A stretch of 64,000 nucleotides of DNA from positions 2,592,001 through 2,656,000 of the forward strand of contig CAXXGO010000006.1 in assembly GCA_963666835.2 (NCBI GenBank), given 5' to 3'. The number at the start of each line of letters is the position of its first letter. The stretch's first letter is position 1. Below the pieces are notes generated by a model. It had not been told where the DNA came from. It did not search any database and was given only the letters and a program-made list of their open reading frames with translations. Below, one piece after another: positions 19,835-30,221 of the stretch. The DNA comes from Phycisphaerae bacterium. GTDB lineage: Bacteria; Planctomycetota; Phycisphaerae; UBA1845. The position numbers and the translations under genes are program-made.

Positions 19835-21436
19835 ATGCGAAAGCTGCTGATTTCGGCGCCGGCACTTATCTTCGGTGTCTGCCTAATGACATCAATGGTT
19901 GAGGCTGACGAGAGCCAACTAGTTGCGGGCCGGGTTTCGCTGATGGGGACGCTTCAAGTGCAGTGGGGAGACCCGGTTCCGCTCGATGCAGACCGGACGC
20001 CACAGAAGCGGTATACCTTACAACACGAGTCGGGCCGGGTTTTCGAGTTGTTCTTCAACGACGAGAAGCTTACGGAGTTAGAGGGACGGACGCTGCGCGC
20101 CGGCGTGGCGATCACCGTGAGCGGGGAATTGGCGGAGCCGAAGGACGATTGGATCTGGGTGGACTCTGTCTCGTTTCCGATGGCCGAGGTGGAAGGTGAT
20201 CGACCCCGCGGCGTGTACGGGGAGAAGGTCTATGCGACCATCGCTTGCCGCTTCGCGGATTCGACCGGCACTACGCCGCGCCCGATGAGCTTCTTCGAGG
20301 ATCTGATGGGCTCTACCGGTATGAACCACTACTGGGACGAGCTGTCATACGGATACATCAGCATCGACGGTAGTACGGTCGAGGGGTGGTACAACCTCCC
20401 GCACAATCGGTCTCACTATGTGTATGATATGGATGGCGACGGTGACGTAGACGCGGACTTGGAGGCTCTGGCGATAGACTGCACAGCTGAGGCGGAGGCC
20501 GACATATACTTCCCCGACCATGACGGCATCCTGATGATGTTCAATGAGGTTCTTGATTGCTGCGCGTGGGGAGGGGGGATTACTCTTAATCTCGATGGGC
20601 AATCCAAGGGGTATCGCGCAGGGTGGTTTCCACCGGCCGGGTTCAATCGGCAGGACGTTGTTGGGCACGAGATGGGGCACTCGCTGGGCCTGCCGCACTC
20701 CTCCGGTCCGTATGGGGCGACCTACGATTCTCACTGGGATGTAATGAGCTCCGGAGGCGCTTGCCGCAATCCTCATCCGACTTACGGGTGCATCGGAATT
20801 CACACGATTTCATACCACAAGGACATGCTCGGCTGGATTGACAGCGACCAACGGTACGAGCCGGACATGTATGTTCCCGGGACGATCCCACTTCAGCGGC
20901 TCGCGCCTCCGGTGTTCTCGGGCAATTATCTCATGGCGAAGATTCCGATCGGCGGGTCCTCCACCCATTTCTATACCGTCGAGACGCGGCTTTTTGTGGG
21001 TTACGACGAGGAGGTCGCGGCCGAGGCCGTAGTGATGCACGATGTCGACACTACCAGGGGCAGCCATGCGCTGGTGGTGGATCCCGACGGGAACGGCGAT
21101 CCGAATGACGCAGGCGCCCAGTGGCTGCCTGGGGAGAGCTTCTACGACGCTACGAACCACATAACCATGTTCGTCGAGCGAGAAATCTCTAATGGGTTCG
21201 AGGTTTCAATCTCCCGTTCCGCCCGGAATCCCACGTATGTCGACCCGGACAACGGCGGTTTCGAGAACGGGACATCCAGCTATCCGTGGGACACGCTTTA
21301 TGAGGGCGTGGTGAGTGTCGCGCCGTCCGGAACGTTGTACGTTGCACCCGACAACTATCCTGGGACGCGGACGATCAGGAAACCGCTCACCCTGCGGCGC
21401 GATGGGAGTTCCGGGACCGTTATCATCGGTGAGTAA
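19835..21436 (+). CDS. Secreted zinc metalloprotease (M6/M11-like metzincin)
   Basis: HEMGHSLGLPHS, Met-turn WDVMS and YHKDMLGWI. Confidence 0.85.
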   Translation: MRKLLISAPALIFGVCLMTSMVEADESQLVAGRVSLMGTLQVQWGDPVPLDADRTPQKRYTLQHESGRVFELFFNDEKLTELEGRTLRAGVAITVSGELAEPKDDWIWVDSVSFPMAEVEGDRPRGVYGEKVYATIACRFADSTGTTPRPMSFFEDLMGSTGMNHYWDELSYGYISIDGSTVEGWYNLPHNRSHYVYDMDGDGDVDADLEALAIDCTAEAEADIYFPDHDGILMMFNEVLDCCAWGGGITLNLDGQSKGYRAGWFPPAGFNRQDVVGHEMGHSLGLPHSSGPYGATYDSHWDVMSSGGACRNPHPTYGCIGIHTISYHKDMLGWIDSDQRYEPDMYVPGTIPLQRLAPPVFSGNYLMAKIPIGGSSTHFYTVETRLFVGYDEEVAAEAVVMHDVDTTRGSHALVVDPDGNGDPNDAGAQWLPGESFYDATNHITMFVEREISNGFEVSISRSARNPTYVDPDNGGFENGTSSYPWDTLYEGVVSVAPSGTLYVAPDNYPGTRTIRKPLTLRRDGSSGTVIIGE

Positions 21437-21848
21437 CTTGGGGCGAAGATCGCCGCATTGGGCGATGATTGACCATGCCGGGCGCGCGGGCGTTTTGGGG
21501 GATTCGCGAGGCGGCATCAGTGGTTCCGCATCTTGGTCGCTATGCTCTCCCCGCCGCGCGCCGCGGATTACCCATTTGTGCGCGCAAATCAAGCAGGGCT
21601 GGCGTTGCGGGTAGGCGTGCAGCATTACTCATTCTTGCCCAATTACTATTGAGTTACTTTCTCAGTGTGGGTAGAAGAGCGATAGCCTGAGTGCGTTTTC
21701 CGTGGGATTACCAGCGGCCTTGAGGGGCCGAGGTGCCTTGCGATGATAGCGGGATAGACGGCGGTGTCTGGGGCTGGGTCGCGTCGCGTCAATGTCCGTG
21801 GTAGCCGCCGGCCAGGATCTCCGGCTTGGCAACGACAGGAAGTGAGAA

Positions 21849-22232
21849 GTGTCCCAGCGTAAGTCCGGCATGTCCCCAGGGCTCGGCCTACCACCGCTTG
21901 TTGTGCGCGCGCCTTTGTCAGATGACAGAACAGCGGCACTATCCGATGCCCAGTGGGAGGAAGTTATAGACGAGCTCAGCCTGTCGGCACGGCAGGGCGA
22001 GTTGGTGCGCCACATCTTCAACGGCAAGAAACAGTTGGCAATTGCGGGGGAAATGGGGCTCGGCCTCGGGACGATCAAGACGTACTTCCGAAGAGTCTAT
22101 CGGAAGCTCGGAGTCACGAACCGGAGCGAGCTGGTCGCCAGAGTGCTGTTTGCCCATCTGATACTGGTACGTGAGGGTGATCTCGATGGGGCGACAGCCG
22201 CCCCGACGGTTGCCGTCGATGAACGGTCTTGA
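21849..22232 (+). CDS. LuxR-type HTH transcriptional regulator (stand-alone)
   Basis: LSARQGELV...IAGEMGLGLGTIKTYFRRVYRKLGVTNRSELV. Confidence 0.88.
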   Translation: MSQRKSGMSPGLGLPPLVVRAPLSDDRTAALSDAQWEEVIDELSLSARQGELVRHIFNGKKQLAIAGEMGLGLGTIKTYFRRVYRKLGVTNRSELVARVLFAHLILVREGDLDGATAAPTVAVDERS

Positions 22233-22449
22233 GGACTTCTTGCTGCCCGACTCGTCCTGCGGTGCTGTCGAACGGAGACTGTTGCGGCTTCGCGAGATAT
22301 TCCCCTTGCACATAGGCTGCTTCTGGTAGTCCGCCGGCGATAACTACATGCGTCTCGATCGCGGGGGCCGTCCGGCTGTTGCCGGACGGCGTGTCTCCCG
22401 CGATGTCGACGACGTTTCTTCGGCGATTTTCTGCCGAATAAGGGCAAAA

Positions 22450-25400
22450 CTAGCGTCTGTTCTCAGGACGCGCCGGTTTTCGCGAGACGGGTTCATCGAT
22501 GGGCGTCGCCTCGTCCGCCATAAGTTGCAGGAATCTGTCCGGGATGGTAATGCTCCGATCTTGGGCAAACAGGGCGATGTCATTGGCGTCGAGGATGCCG
22601 TTGCCGTCGAGATCCGCGGCTTGCGCGGCAGGCATACCGACTGTCAGAGCAATGTCATGAACGGTAGCACTCGAATGCCCGATCCCGGCCAGCTCTTGTT
22701 GCTGTGCCGGCGATAGGTTGCCTACGCCTGCCGGTTGAATCCGGTAAGCCGTTTGGTTGCCGCGCGGCTCCGCTATCAGGTTCGAGGCGTACATCAGTGT
22801 CCGGCATCCGGCTCCCGGGTCATCACCGGTCTTGAGGAAGTTGATCAGGATGCAGAGGAAGTCATTGGTGGTGACGATTCCGTCGCAATCGAAGTCGGCG
22901 TGATACGGCGGGGGAGGACCAACCAGCTCATCTTCGCACCGGGTTATCACCGGGGTCGGCCAGGTCAGGTATTGCCTGAACAGGATTGCGTAATCGGTGA
23001 TGTCGACGACGTTGTTGTTGTCAGCATCTCCGCAGCGCAGTTGGTTGGCGGCCGTTAGGTCGGCTACGAATTGCCCGCCCGCCGGGCGAAGATGGACCGT
23101 ACGCCGAAGCGTGTGCAGGTCGTCTTTCACGCTGAGGCAATCCCAGGTTCCGTACGGTACGTCGAGGGATGCCGAGGCAACACCGTTCTGGAACGTCAGC
23201 TCTTCTGCAAACGTGGTTTCGGAGGCGGTGCCCGGGCAGGGGACCCCGCAACTACTCAGGACGAAGCTGAGGCAGCGCGGACATTCCCCGTTCAGCTCCG
23301 CGGCTTCCGACCGGACTATCAGGTCGAGGATGTTGTCACCCCCGACAACAACTGTCTGTTGGTGGGTCGCAGAGCTGCCTTGGGGATCGGTGGCCGTCCA
23401 GGTTAACGTGGTCGTGCCTACGGGGTATTGATCGTTCCAGCAGTCCAACCCGTCATCGCGCTCACAGGTCGCCGAACATGACCCGCAGTTGTCCTCGCAG
23501 GTAGGTTCGCCCGGGTCGACGTGAGCTCCACATTCGCCCGGGTCGGGGGTAGCCTCGACGTCGGGCGGCGAGGCAACCGTGGGAGCTTGGCAATCGTCCA
23601 CGATAACCGTTTGCCGGCATGTGGTCAGGTTGCCCGAAGGATCGGTAGCCGTCCAGGTCAAGGTGGTTGGTCCTACCGGATAGGGGTCGTCTTCGCAGTC
23701 CTCACTGTCCTCCCTGCTACAGGTTACCGTGCATGCGCAGTTGTCGGTACACGCAGCCGACCCGGGGAAGACCACCGCCTGACACTGATCCGGATCGTTG
23801 CACTGCTCGACGTCAAGTGGGCACTCGATTTCCGGATGTTGTTCGTCGCTGACCGTAACCGTCGTCGTGCATGTGGCCGTGTTGCCCGCCTCGTCGGTTG
23901 CCGTCCACGTCAATGTAGTAACCCCGACGGGATAGGATGCGCTCTGGCAGTCCTCGCCGTCGTCGCGCGAGCAGGACGTCGTGCAATTGCAGGCATCAGT
24001 GCAGGTGGGCTCCCCGGGGTCAATTGCGATTTCACACGCATCGGGATCGACCGTGGCGGGGAGAGGGTCGCTCGGGCAGGTCAGGATCGGCGGGGAGTCA
24101 TCGACTATAAACGGGATCTCGTCACCCAGCAGCGGGAAGTTCTGAGTGCCCAACGAGTCTGCCAGGTGTGTTGGAGATTCGTGATCGAGATCGAAAGCAA
24201 TCGAGCCGTGGCCGGTACCGGCTCCGGCCGGCTTGGTCGACAGTAATAGCGTGGCCATTGGGTTGTCAGCCGCGGAGGCGGCTTCACCCAAGGGAATAGC
24301 CACCGCGTATGCGATAGTGCCGGTGCAGCCGTCCACCGAGACCGCCTTGAAGATCTCGGCGGAGAACGGAGACAAACCGGAGGTCGGACACGGGGAGATC
24401 CCCGGGACGGAATGATCACCCGGGGCTATGGCCAGCAGATCGAGTAAGCATGCGTCGTATTCCAGGAAGAACTGCCCACCGATCATGTCCTGTCCGTAGA
24501 GATTGCGTACGTCAATCGTGACGCACAGATCTTGCCCGGACGAAAAGCAGGTCCTTTCGTTGTGCAGATTCAGCTCCAGCAACCCGCAACTGACCGGATC
24601 GCTCGTACATACGGCGGTCTCTTCGTCGCAGAGGTCCGCCGTACACGCGATGCCGTCGTCGCATAAGCTGATGCCGGGCGTGCAGATGCCCGCCTCGTTG
24701 CAGAACTCGTCACCATCGCAAACGAGCCCGTTAGGGCATGGCGTGCCGGCGGGTTCATAGTTGGGCAAACACTCGCCGTCGCCGTTGCAGGTGTCGGGAT
24801 GATCACAGGTGGAATCGGCGGGATCACCACATGGTGTGCCCGATGGTAACAGCACATACGTGCAGCCTTCGATTGGGTCGCACGAGTCCTCGGTACACTC
24901 GATTTCATCATCGCAGACGAGGGGGCCTTCCGAGACGCAGCCGGCTGTAGTGTCGCAGTACTCGACGCCCGTGCAGGCGTCACCGTCGTCGCACATCTCG
25001 TGAAACGGTACATGCTCTCCACATTCGTCCGTTACTTCATCACAACTGTCGCTGGTACACTCGATTCCGTCATCGCATCGAGTGACGCCGGGCTGGCATG
25101 TTCCGGCCCCGTCACAGGTTTCGTCGCCGTCGCACCATAGACCATTGGAGCATGGTGCTCCCAGCGGCTCGATGTTCTCGTCGCAGTTGCCGGTGCCGTC
25201 GCAGGTGTCCGGTCTGTCACATGCGCTATCGCTCGGATCACCGCATGCCGTCCCCTGCGCCACGCCGGGGTGGATGCAAACGCCGCTGTTGCAGACGTCG
25301 TCGGTACATTCATTCCCGTCTTCAGTGCAACCGGTGCCGTCCGGTTCGTGGTTTGGCAGGCACACGCCCGCTCCGTTGCAGGTGTCGGGGGTAGTGCATT

Positions 25401-27384
25401 CGTCGTCTGTAGGATCACCGCAAGCTGTGCCGATCTCGCGGTTCGGGTGGATGCACACCCCGCTGGCGCAAACGTCGTCAGTGCATTCACTTCCGTCATC
25501 GGCGCAGTCGGTGCCGTCCGGCTCGTGGTTTACGAGGCACTCGCCCGCTCCGTCGCAGGAATCCGCTGCCGTGCAGGCATTGTCGGTCGGATCTCCGCAC
25601 GGGGTCCCGACCTGTTTGTTCGGGTGAGTGCATCCGCCGGCTAAGCAAATATCGTCTGTGCACTCGAAGCCGTCATCACTACAGGCGGAATCGTCCGGCA
25701 TGTGATTGTCCAGGCAAGTCCCGGCACCATCGCACGTGTCCGGGGCCGTGCAATCCGTGTCCGCCGGATCGCCGCAGACCGTCCCGGCCGGGTGTGGCGG
25801 ATAGACGCATAGGCCTGCGTCACACGTGTCGCCCGTGCAGGCGTTTCCGTCTTCCGGGCAGTCCTCGTCTAGGCAACATTCGGCCGCGCAACTGGCGGTG
25901 TCGGCGCAGCATACCGGCGTGGGCTCGCTGCACGGGGCAGTGCCGGGTTGGCAATAGCCGTCGACACATGTCTCGGTACCGTTGCAGAACTCCCCGTCGT
26001 CGCAGTCGACCGGCGCGGGGCACGTTACCAAAGCGCACGCCTGGCCGTCAAACCACGTGCCTCCCGCTGCGGTACAATCCGTCTCAGAAACTGCGTCCGT
26101 GCAGCCCTCTTCACATTCGTGGCAGCACGCCCCGTCGTGCAGCGGTTTGATGTTCCGCAGTAGATACTCATCCGCTGTATAGCAGGCGGTCGAGGGACAG
26201 GCTATGTTGTCCAACGCGTACCAGGCTGTTTCCGGGCTGCCCCACCCGTAGTTGATATGGTATTGAGGCGAGCCGCCGGTATCTTGCCAGCCGTCGCAGA
26301 TTACCGTATGACCAGTCAAGCCGTATATCATCGGTCGGCCGGCGTCGATCTCCGCGCGGATCAAACCGAACCAGTCTTCGGCCGTGTATGCGTCGCGTTC
26401 CTCTCTGATCATCCCCGGGTCAAAGCGGAAGTGGGTTGTGAGCACTTCTGACGCCGTTGTGGTTGAGGGGTACGATTGGCATTTACCGAAGTCGGTCCTC
26501 AAGGCTACGGCGACCTCGTAACAAAGCTCCGCTACGGCGGCTTCCTGTTCGGTGGAACAACCCGCCGTGCACTCGGTTGGCATGTTGGACCAATCGTAGG
26601 GGTCAGAGAAATCTGCGGCCAGGTTACTCCCTGGCACGAGCGGGCCGCACGAGTCGTCGCCGTCCCAAGTATAGAAGCCGTCCGGGAGTGGGTAGTTGCC
26701 GACCCCGGCCGGGGGCCACTGGTGGAAGTTCAACACTTGGGCAACTGCCGTGGCTATACCGGTCAAACGTGTTCGTGCTCCGTCCCCCATGGGGCACAAG
26801 TTGTTATAGGGGGCCGTAGGATGCCACGAAGTTGTCAGCAAAGGGCCCGCCTCCGCCAGGCCCCCGTTTGCTTTCACGGCCGGGCTTTGGGCGAGGAGCT
26901 TTGGAGGTGCGGTAAGCCGGTCCCATTCCTCTCGATCGGCTCGGTTGAACAACACCGAACCGGTGGCCGGCTGTAAGGCGTCAAGGCTGCCGTAACGCTG
27001 TTGATAGCGGGCGAATCTGTTCTTAAGATCCTTACGAAGAAGCTGCGGCAGACCGTCGGTTCGACTCAGGTCGAGGTCGCCGGCGTCGGAATAGGCGTGG
27101 ATTGGCGGAAGTTCCTTCAATGCCGGCACGACGACGTAGCCGTCGGGCGAAATGGAGTAGCAGCTTGCGACCCACTGTTGTCCGGTGAAGATCCGGCGGG
27201 CCTGGGTGATGCTCGGCCTCGAGCTGCCGGCCCAGGTTCCGTCTCGTTGGACCGAATCGGCAAGCCAGTTCAGGCATACGGTCTGCATTTCCTGTTCGGT
27301 GGGTACTTCGCCGCGCGCTGGTAACACCATCGTAATGGACGAGCTTAAGGCTAGGGTAAACGCAACAAGGATCGTCATTCGCAT
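22450..27384 (-). CDS. Large secreted C10 (streptopain)-family homolog with Cys-rich repeats, a cohesin-like domain, HYR domains and dockerin-like repeats
   Basis: Prodomain, GPLLTTSW..TAPYNNLCP, GHTVICDG, HINYGWG; CDDG.ECT.D.C repeats; YPVG.TTLTWTATD x3; GDADNNNVVDITD. Confidence 0.88.
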   Translation of the reverse strand: MRMTILVAFTLALSSSITMVLPARGEVPTEQEMQTVCLNWLADSVQRDGTWAGSSRPSITQARRIFTGQQWVASCYSISPDGYVVVPALKELPPIHAYSDAGDLDLSRTDGLPQLLRKDLKNRFARYQQRYGSLDALQPATGSVLFNRADREEWDRLTAPPKLLAQSPAVKANGGLAEAGPLLTTSWHPTAPYNNLCPMGDGARTRLTGIATAVAQVLNFHQWPPAGVGNYPLPDGFYTWDGDDSCGPLVPGSNLAADFSDPYDWSNMPTECTAGCSTEQEAAVAELCYEVAVALRTDFGKCQSYPSTTTASEVLTTHFRFDPGMIREERDAYTAEDWFGLIRAEIDAGRPMIYGLTGHTVICDGWQDTGGSPQYHINYGWGSPETAWYALDNIACPSTACYTADEYLLRNIKPLHDGACCHECEEGCTDAVSETDCTAAGGTWFDGQACALVTCPAPVDCDDGEFCNGTETCVDGYCQPGTAPCSEPTPVCCADTASCAAECCLDEDCPEDGNACTGDTCDAGLCVYPPHPAGTVCGDPADTDCTAPDTCDGAGTCLDNHMPDDSACSDDGFECTDDICLAGGCTHPNKQVGTPCGDPTDNACTAADSCDGAGECLVNHEPDGTDCADDGSECTDDVCASGVCIHPNREIGTACGDPTDDECTTPDTCNGAGVCLPNHEPDGTGCTEDGNECTDDVCNSGVCIHPGVAQGTACGDPSDSACDRPDTCDGTGNCDENIEPLGAPCSNGLWCDGDETCDGAGTCQPGVTRCDDGIECTSDSCDEVTDECGEHVPFHEMCDDGDACTGVEYCDTTAGCVSEGPLVCDDEIECTEDSCDPIEGCTYVLLPSGTPCGDPADSTCDHPDTCNGDGECLPNYEPAGTPCPNGLVCDGDEFCNEAGICTPGISLCDDGIACTADLCDEETAVCTSDPVSCGLLELNLHNERTCFSSGQDLCVTIDVRNLYGQDMIGGQFFLEYDACLLDLLAIAPGDHSVPGISPCPTSGLSPFSAEIFKAVSVDGCTGTIAYAVAIPLGEAASAADNPMATLLLSTKPAGAGTGHGSIAFDLDHESPTHLADSLGTQNFPLLGDEIPFIVDDSPPILTCPSDPLPATVDPDACEIAIDPGEPTCTDACNCTTSCSRDDGEDCQSASYPVGVTTLTWTATDEAGNTATCTTTVTVSDEQHPEIECPLDVEQCNDPDQCQAVVFPGSAACTDNCACTVTCSREDSEDCEDDPYPVGPTTLTWTATDPSGNLTTCRQTVIVDDCQAPTVASPPDVEATPDPGECGAHVDPGEPTCEDNCGSCSATCERDDGLDCWNDQYPVGTTTLTWTATDPQGSSATHQQTVVVGGDNILDLIVRSEAAELNGECPRCLSFVLSSCGVPCPGTASETTFAEELTFQNGVASASLDVPYGTWDCLSVKDDLHTLRRTVHLRPAGGQFVADLTAANQLRCGDADNNNVVDITDYAILFRQYLTWPTPVITRCEDELVGPPPPYHADFDCDGIVTTNDFLCILINFLKTGDDPGAGCRTLMYASNLIAEPRGNQTAYRIQPAGVGNLSPAQQQELAGIGHSSATVHDIALTVGMPAAQAADLDGNGILDANDIALFAQDRSITIPDRFLQLMADEATPIDEPVSRKPARPENRR

Positions 27385-27590
27385 AGCAGGTTCCTCCGAT
27401 GTTAGATGAAAACGCTGTCGTGCCGATGACAGCAGAAATCTCCGTGGCAGATGCCAGAGGCATGTGAGTAGATGTCTTCCTGGCTTCGCGACATTGAATG
27501 TCCACACTCCGGCTGTTGATAGGATTACTGACAGACCGTAACACAAGAATATGCCCAGTGTTTACTTGCGCACAAGAGGGCTATTGAGGT

Positions 27591-27654
27591 GACGTCCACT
27601 GGGATGTCATCCATACAGATGACGTCCGGGCGGCCGTCACCTGGATAGGTGAAT
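27591..27654. promoter_or_regulatory. Overlapping 20-bp palindromes, candidate operator sites
   Basis: TGACGTCC-N4-GGATGTCA, TGTCATC-N6-GATGACG (27605-27624) and TCACCT-N4-AGGTGA (27637-27652), upstream of the C10-like gene. Confidence 0.4.
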
Positions 27655-27885
27655 GGGCGACTCGTCAGTTATGGCAACGGGTGGCGTGGCAATCCGCGCG
27701 GATCTTGACGGGGTGACCGAGCAGGCATCGGGCCAGGGTAGGTGGGAACGCACAGACCCCGGATACCGTCAATAGCCTGTTTGGTCGGATTGTACGTCCG
27801 ATATCGTTGTGCGTAGACCTAGCCGGTCGGTCTGGTCCGGAGAGACTTTGGACAAACTGCTGTTCACCCCGGAAAGACGTAAGAA

Positions 27886-27958
27886 TGGAGCCGAGCGGGC
27901 TCGAACCGCCGACCTCCTGGTTGCAAACCAGGCGCTCTCCCAGCTGAGCTACGGCCCC
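27886..27958 (-). tRNA. tRNA-Ala(TGC)
   Basis: GGGGCCGTAGCTCAGCTGGGAGAGCGCCTGGTTTGCAACCAGGAGGTCGGCGGTTCGAGCCCGCTCGGCTCCA; G3:U70 pair; CCA tail not encoded. Confidence 0.97.
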
Positions 27959-28225
27959 GTGTACGCACGACGAAGCTGCCGCAGCCGCGTAGCGCAGGCA
28001 TTCTGCCTGCCGCCGGCGACCTTGACGGCCCCGCGCGTGCCAGGGGAAGCTACCATATCGGCGGGGATAAGCAAGCGTCGGGACCCACCCCGACCGGCGA
28101 GACCATGAGCGATAACGTGCCCACGCCCGGCGGGGCGACCATTGTATAACGGCGAACAGAGATTCCGCGGCGGTGGCGGTGACTCGGGGTCGCCATGCGG
28201 GTGCGGTTCTGCAATACTGGCGATC

Positions 28226-28738
28226 ATGGCCGAGCACGTAGTCATTGACGGGAACAACCTGCTGTACGCCATGCACGAGCACGCTCCGGTGCCCGCCGTC
28301 GGTCGGGAGACCCTGGTCAAGGTTATCGAACGTTGGGCGAGGCGGGGCGACGATCGGGTCACGCTGGTGTTCGACGGCGCCGCTCCGCGCGGTGGGCTCT
28401 CGAAGCAGATGTCCTCCTCCCGAATCACCGTTCGGTTCAGCGTGCCGGTAACGGCCGACGATGTTATTGTGGACCTCGTCCAGCGCGCCGAAGACGCTCC
28501 GAGCATTCGCGTGGTGACCAGCGACACGGCCATCAGCCACGAAGCGAGGCTGAGACGCAGTCGCCACACCGACAGCGTTGCGTTCGTTAAGGAGCTGTTC
28601 GCAGGTCCAGCCGACAACGGACCTCGTTTCAAACCGGCCTCCGAACCGGCGAAGGAGAAACCCGACGAGATGTCGCCCGAAGAGGTTCGCGAGTGGCTGG
28701 ACCTGTTCGGGGCCGACGGTGCTGATCGCGCGGACTAG
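28226..28738 (+). CDS. NYN (YacP-like) domain protein
   Basis: VIDGNNLL, LVFDG, TADDVI and VVTSD. Confidence 0.88.
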   Translation: MAEHVVIDGNNLLYAMHEHAPVPAVGRETLVKVIERWARRGDDRVTLVFDGAAPRGGLSKQMSSSRITVRFSVPVTADDVIVDLVQRAEDAPSIRVVTSDTAISHEARLRRSRHTDSVAFVKELFAGPADNGPRFKPASEPAKEKPDEMSPEEVREWLDLFGADGADRAD

Positions 28739-29180
28739 CCGGGTCACCAGCCGGTCGACGAATCCGCCCAATCTGACGGAGGGCTTACCCGACCGGCGCC
28801 CGCTTCTTTTCCAACAAGGTCGTTCTCGGTGTGTTTTACCCTAACTCGGCAATCGTCCGGGTTTTGAGCTTGGTTATCCGGTGGCCGTGCTCCGCCGGAT
28901 TGCCGACAAATGGCAAGGCAATGGCCCCGAGGTGAAGTCGGCGGGCGGCTGTCATGTCTTCCGGCGGTATTAGACGATTCCGGCCAAGTCATCCTCGACC
29001 GATGTTGCGGTCTTGCACGTTACGCAGGCAGCTCTTCTTGCATCGTGGCTGAGCCGGACCGGTTTCGGTAGATACCCGACCTCGGCTACGTGGCGGGGTA
29101 TGCCCAAAGGGTCCTCGGCCGGCGTGAATCGGTTGATTCGAGTTTGCGTTGGGTTGAGCGGGCTGGTGAGAGATTGATCG

Positions 29181-29486
29181 ATGGCAAAGACGTGGGTTAC
29201 GGAGGGTCCGATGAACCCCGGGCGGCGCCGGGCGAGGCGGACTCAGTTGTTCAGCGAGGTGCTCTGGCACAACGAGAGTGAAAGCACCGCGCGACGCGGC
29301 ATTCTCGTCGGGGTTTCCGATACCGGGTTAGCCCTGGTCACCGATCATCGAATCGTCCCACGGCCCGGTGCGCGGATCGTGCCCGAGAAGAAACGCGCCC
29401 ACCGACGTTGGGGTGAGCCGGTTGTGGTAACTCGGATCGACCGGCTTTCGGATGAGTTGGATCTGGTGGCGGCGAAGTATGCGTAG
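29181..29486 (+). CDS. PilZ-like small protein
   Basis: RRRARR followed by GVSDTGLAL. Confidence 0.5.
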   Translation: MAKTWVTEGPMNPGRRRARRTQLFSEVLWHNESESTARRGILVGVSDTGLALVTDHRIVPRPGARIVPEKKRAHRRWGEPVVVTRIDRLSDELDLVAAKYA

Positions 29487-29604
29487 CCGTTGAGGAACGG
29501 CACTGACTCGGATTCTCTTCTGGTTTGCGGTGATAATGGACGCCTTCGACGCGGTGCCCGGACCCTCGCGGTGCCGCAAGCCCGATGGAGGAAGCTGGGA
29601 TCGT

Positions 29605-29916
29605 ATGATGCAGTTCCGACGAGTTAGGGGGCGAGGGAAAGCGGGCCGTCGCCGGTCGAAGCGTTGGAGGACGGACAAGCCGATTGAATGGCGGATCTAC
29701 CGCGGGCGGCGGATTCGCGACGGTCGAGTTATAGAGCGATCTTTAGAGGGATTAGTCCTTGCCGCCGCGGGCGATGCCCCCGCCTCGCCCGGGATGCGTT
29801 TCTTCGTCAGCGGGCCGAGTCCGATCGAGCAGCACGGATTCAAATCAGCCGTAGTCCGCCGAACCGCAATCCGGGCCGACGGACGCCGTTTGATGTTCGC
29901 CGAGATCGAGGCGTGA
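29605..29916 (+). CDS. PilZ-like small protein
   Basis: RRRSKR followed by ERSLEGLVL and VVRR. Confidence 0.5.
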   Translation: MMQFRRVRGRGKAGRRRSKRWRTDKPIEWRIYRGRRIRDGRVIERSLEGLVLAAAGDAPASPGMRFFVSGPSPIEQHGFKSAVVRRTAIRADGRRLMFAEIEA

Positions 29917-29935
29917 CCATCATTGCAGAACGCGC

Positions 29936-30207
29936 GGGTGCCCCATGTCCTTTCGTGTTTAGGATGTGTGGCCCATGTCCTCTTGTGTCTAGAGCGTGCT
30001 GCGATTCGTCGCAGATCGTGCAACGCCAAACACGTCGGACATGGGGGAGCCGATGACGAGCACGCGACATTGCAGCAGATCTCGTTCGTCGACCTGCATT
30101 ACACGGTGGGAAGTGTCCACATGATGGCATGCTGCTTTGAAAGGCGATTGTGATTCGCCGGTCACCAGGGCGATTCGTCCCCCCTTGCTGGGGAGGTTAG
30201 GCACCTG
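29936..30207. repeat. REP-like palindrome cluster at the left edge of the array
   Basis: GGGTGCCCCATGTCC..., GTGGCCCATGTCC...GGACATGGGG, and an inverted degenerate copy at about 30178-30207. Confidence 0.65.
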
Positions 30208-30221
30208 CGGTCGAAAGGGCG

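Noticed and set aside
16700..27886. Integrative element inserted at the tRNA-Ala 3' end
   Set aside because: No integrase and no duplicated tRNA 3' end (att) found by eye.
27665..28771. 368 aa minus-strand ORF and similar long antisense ORFs (e.g. 4847-6079, 54869-55996)
   Set aside because: Shadow ORFs of GC-rich coding sequence, overlapping the tRNA or well-supported genes.
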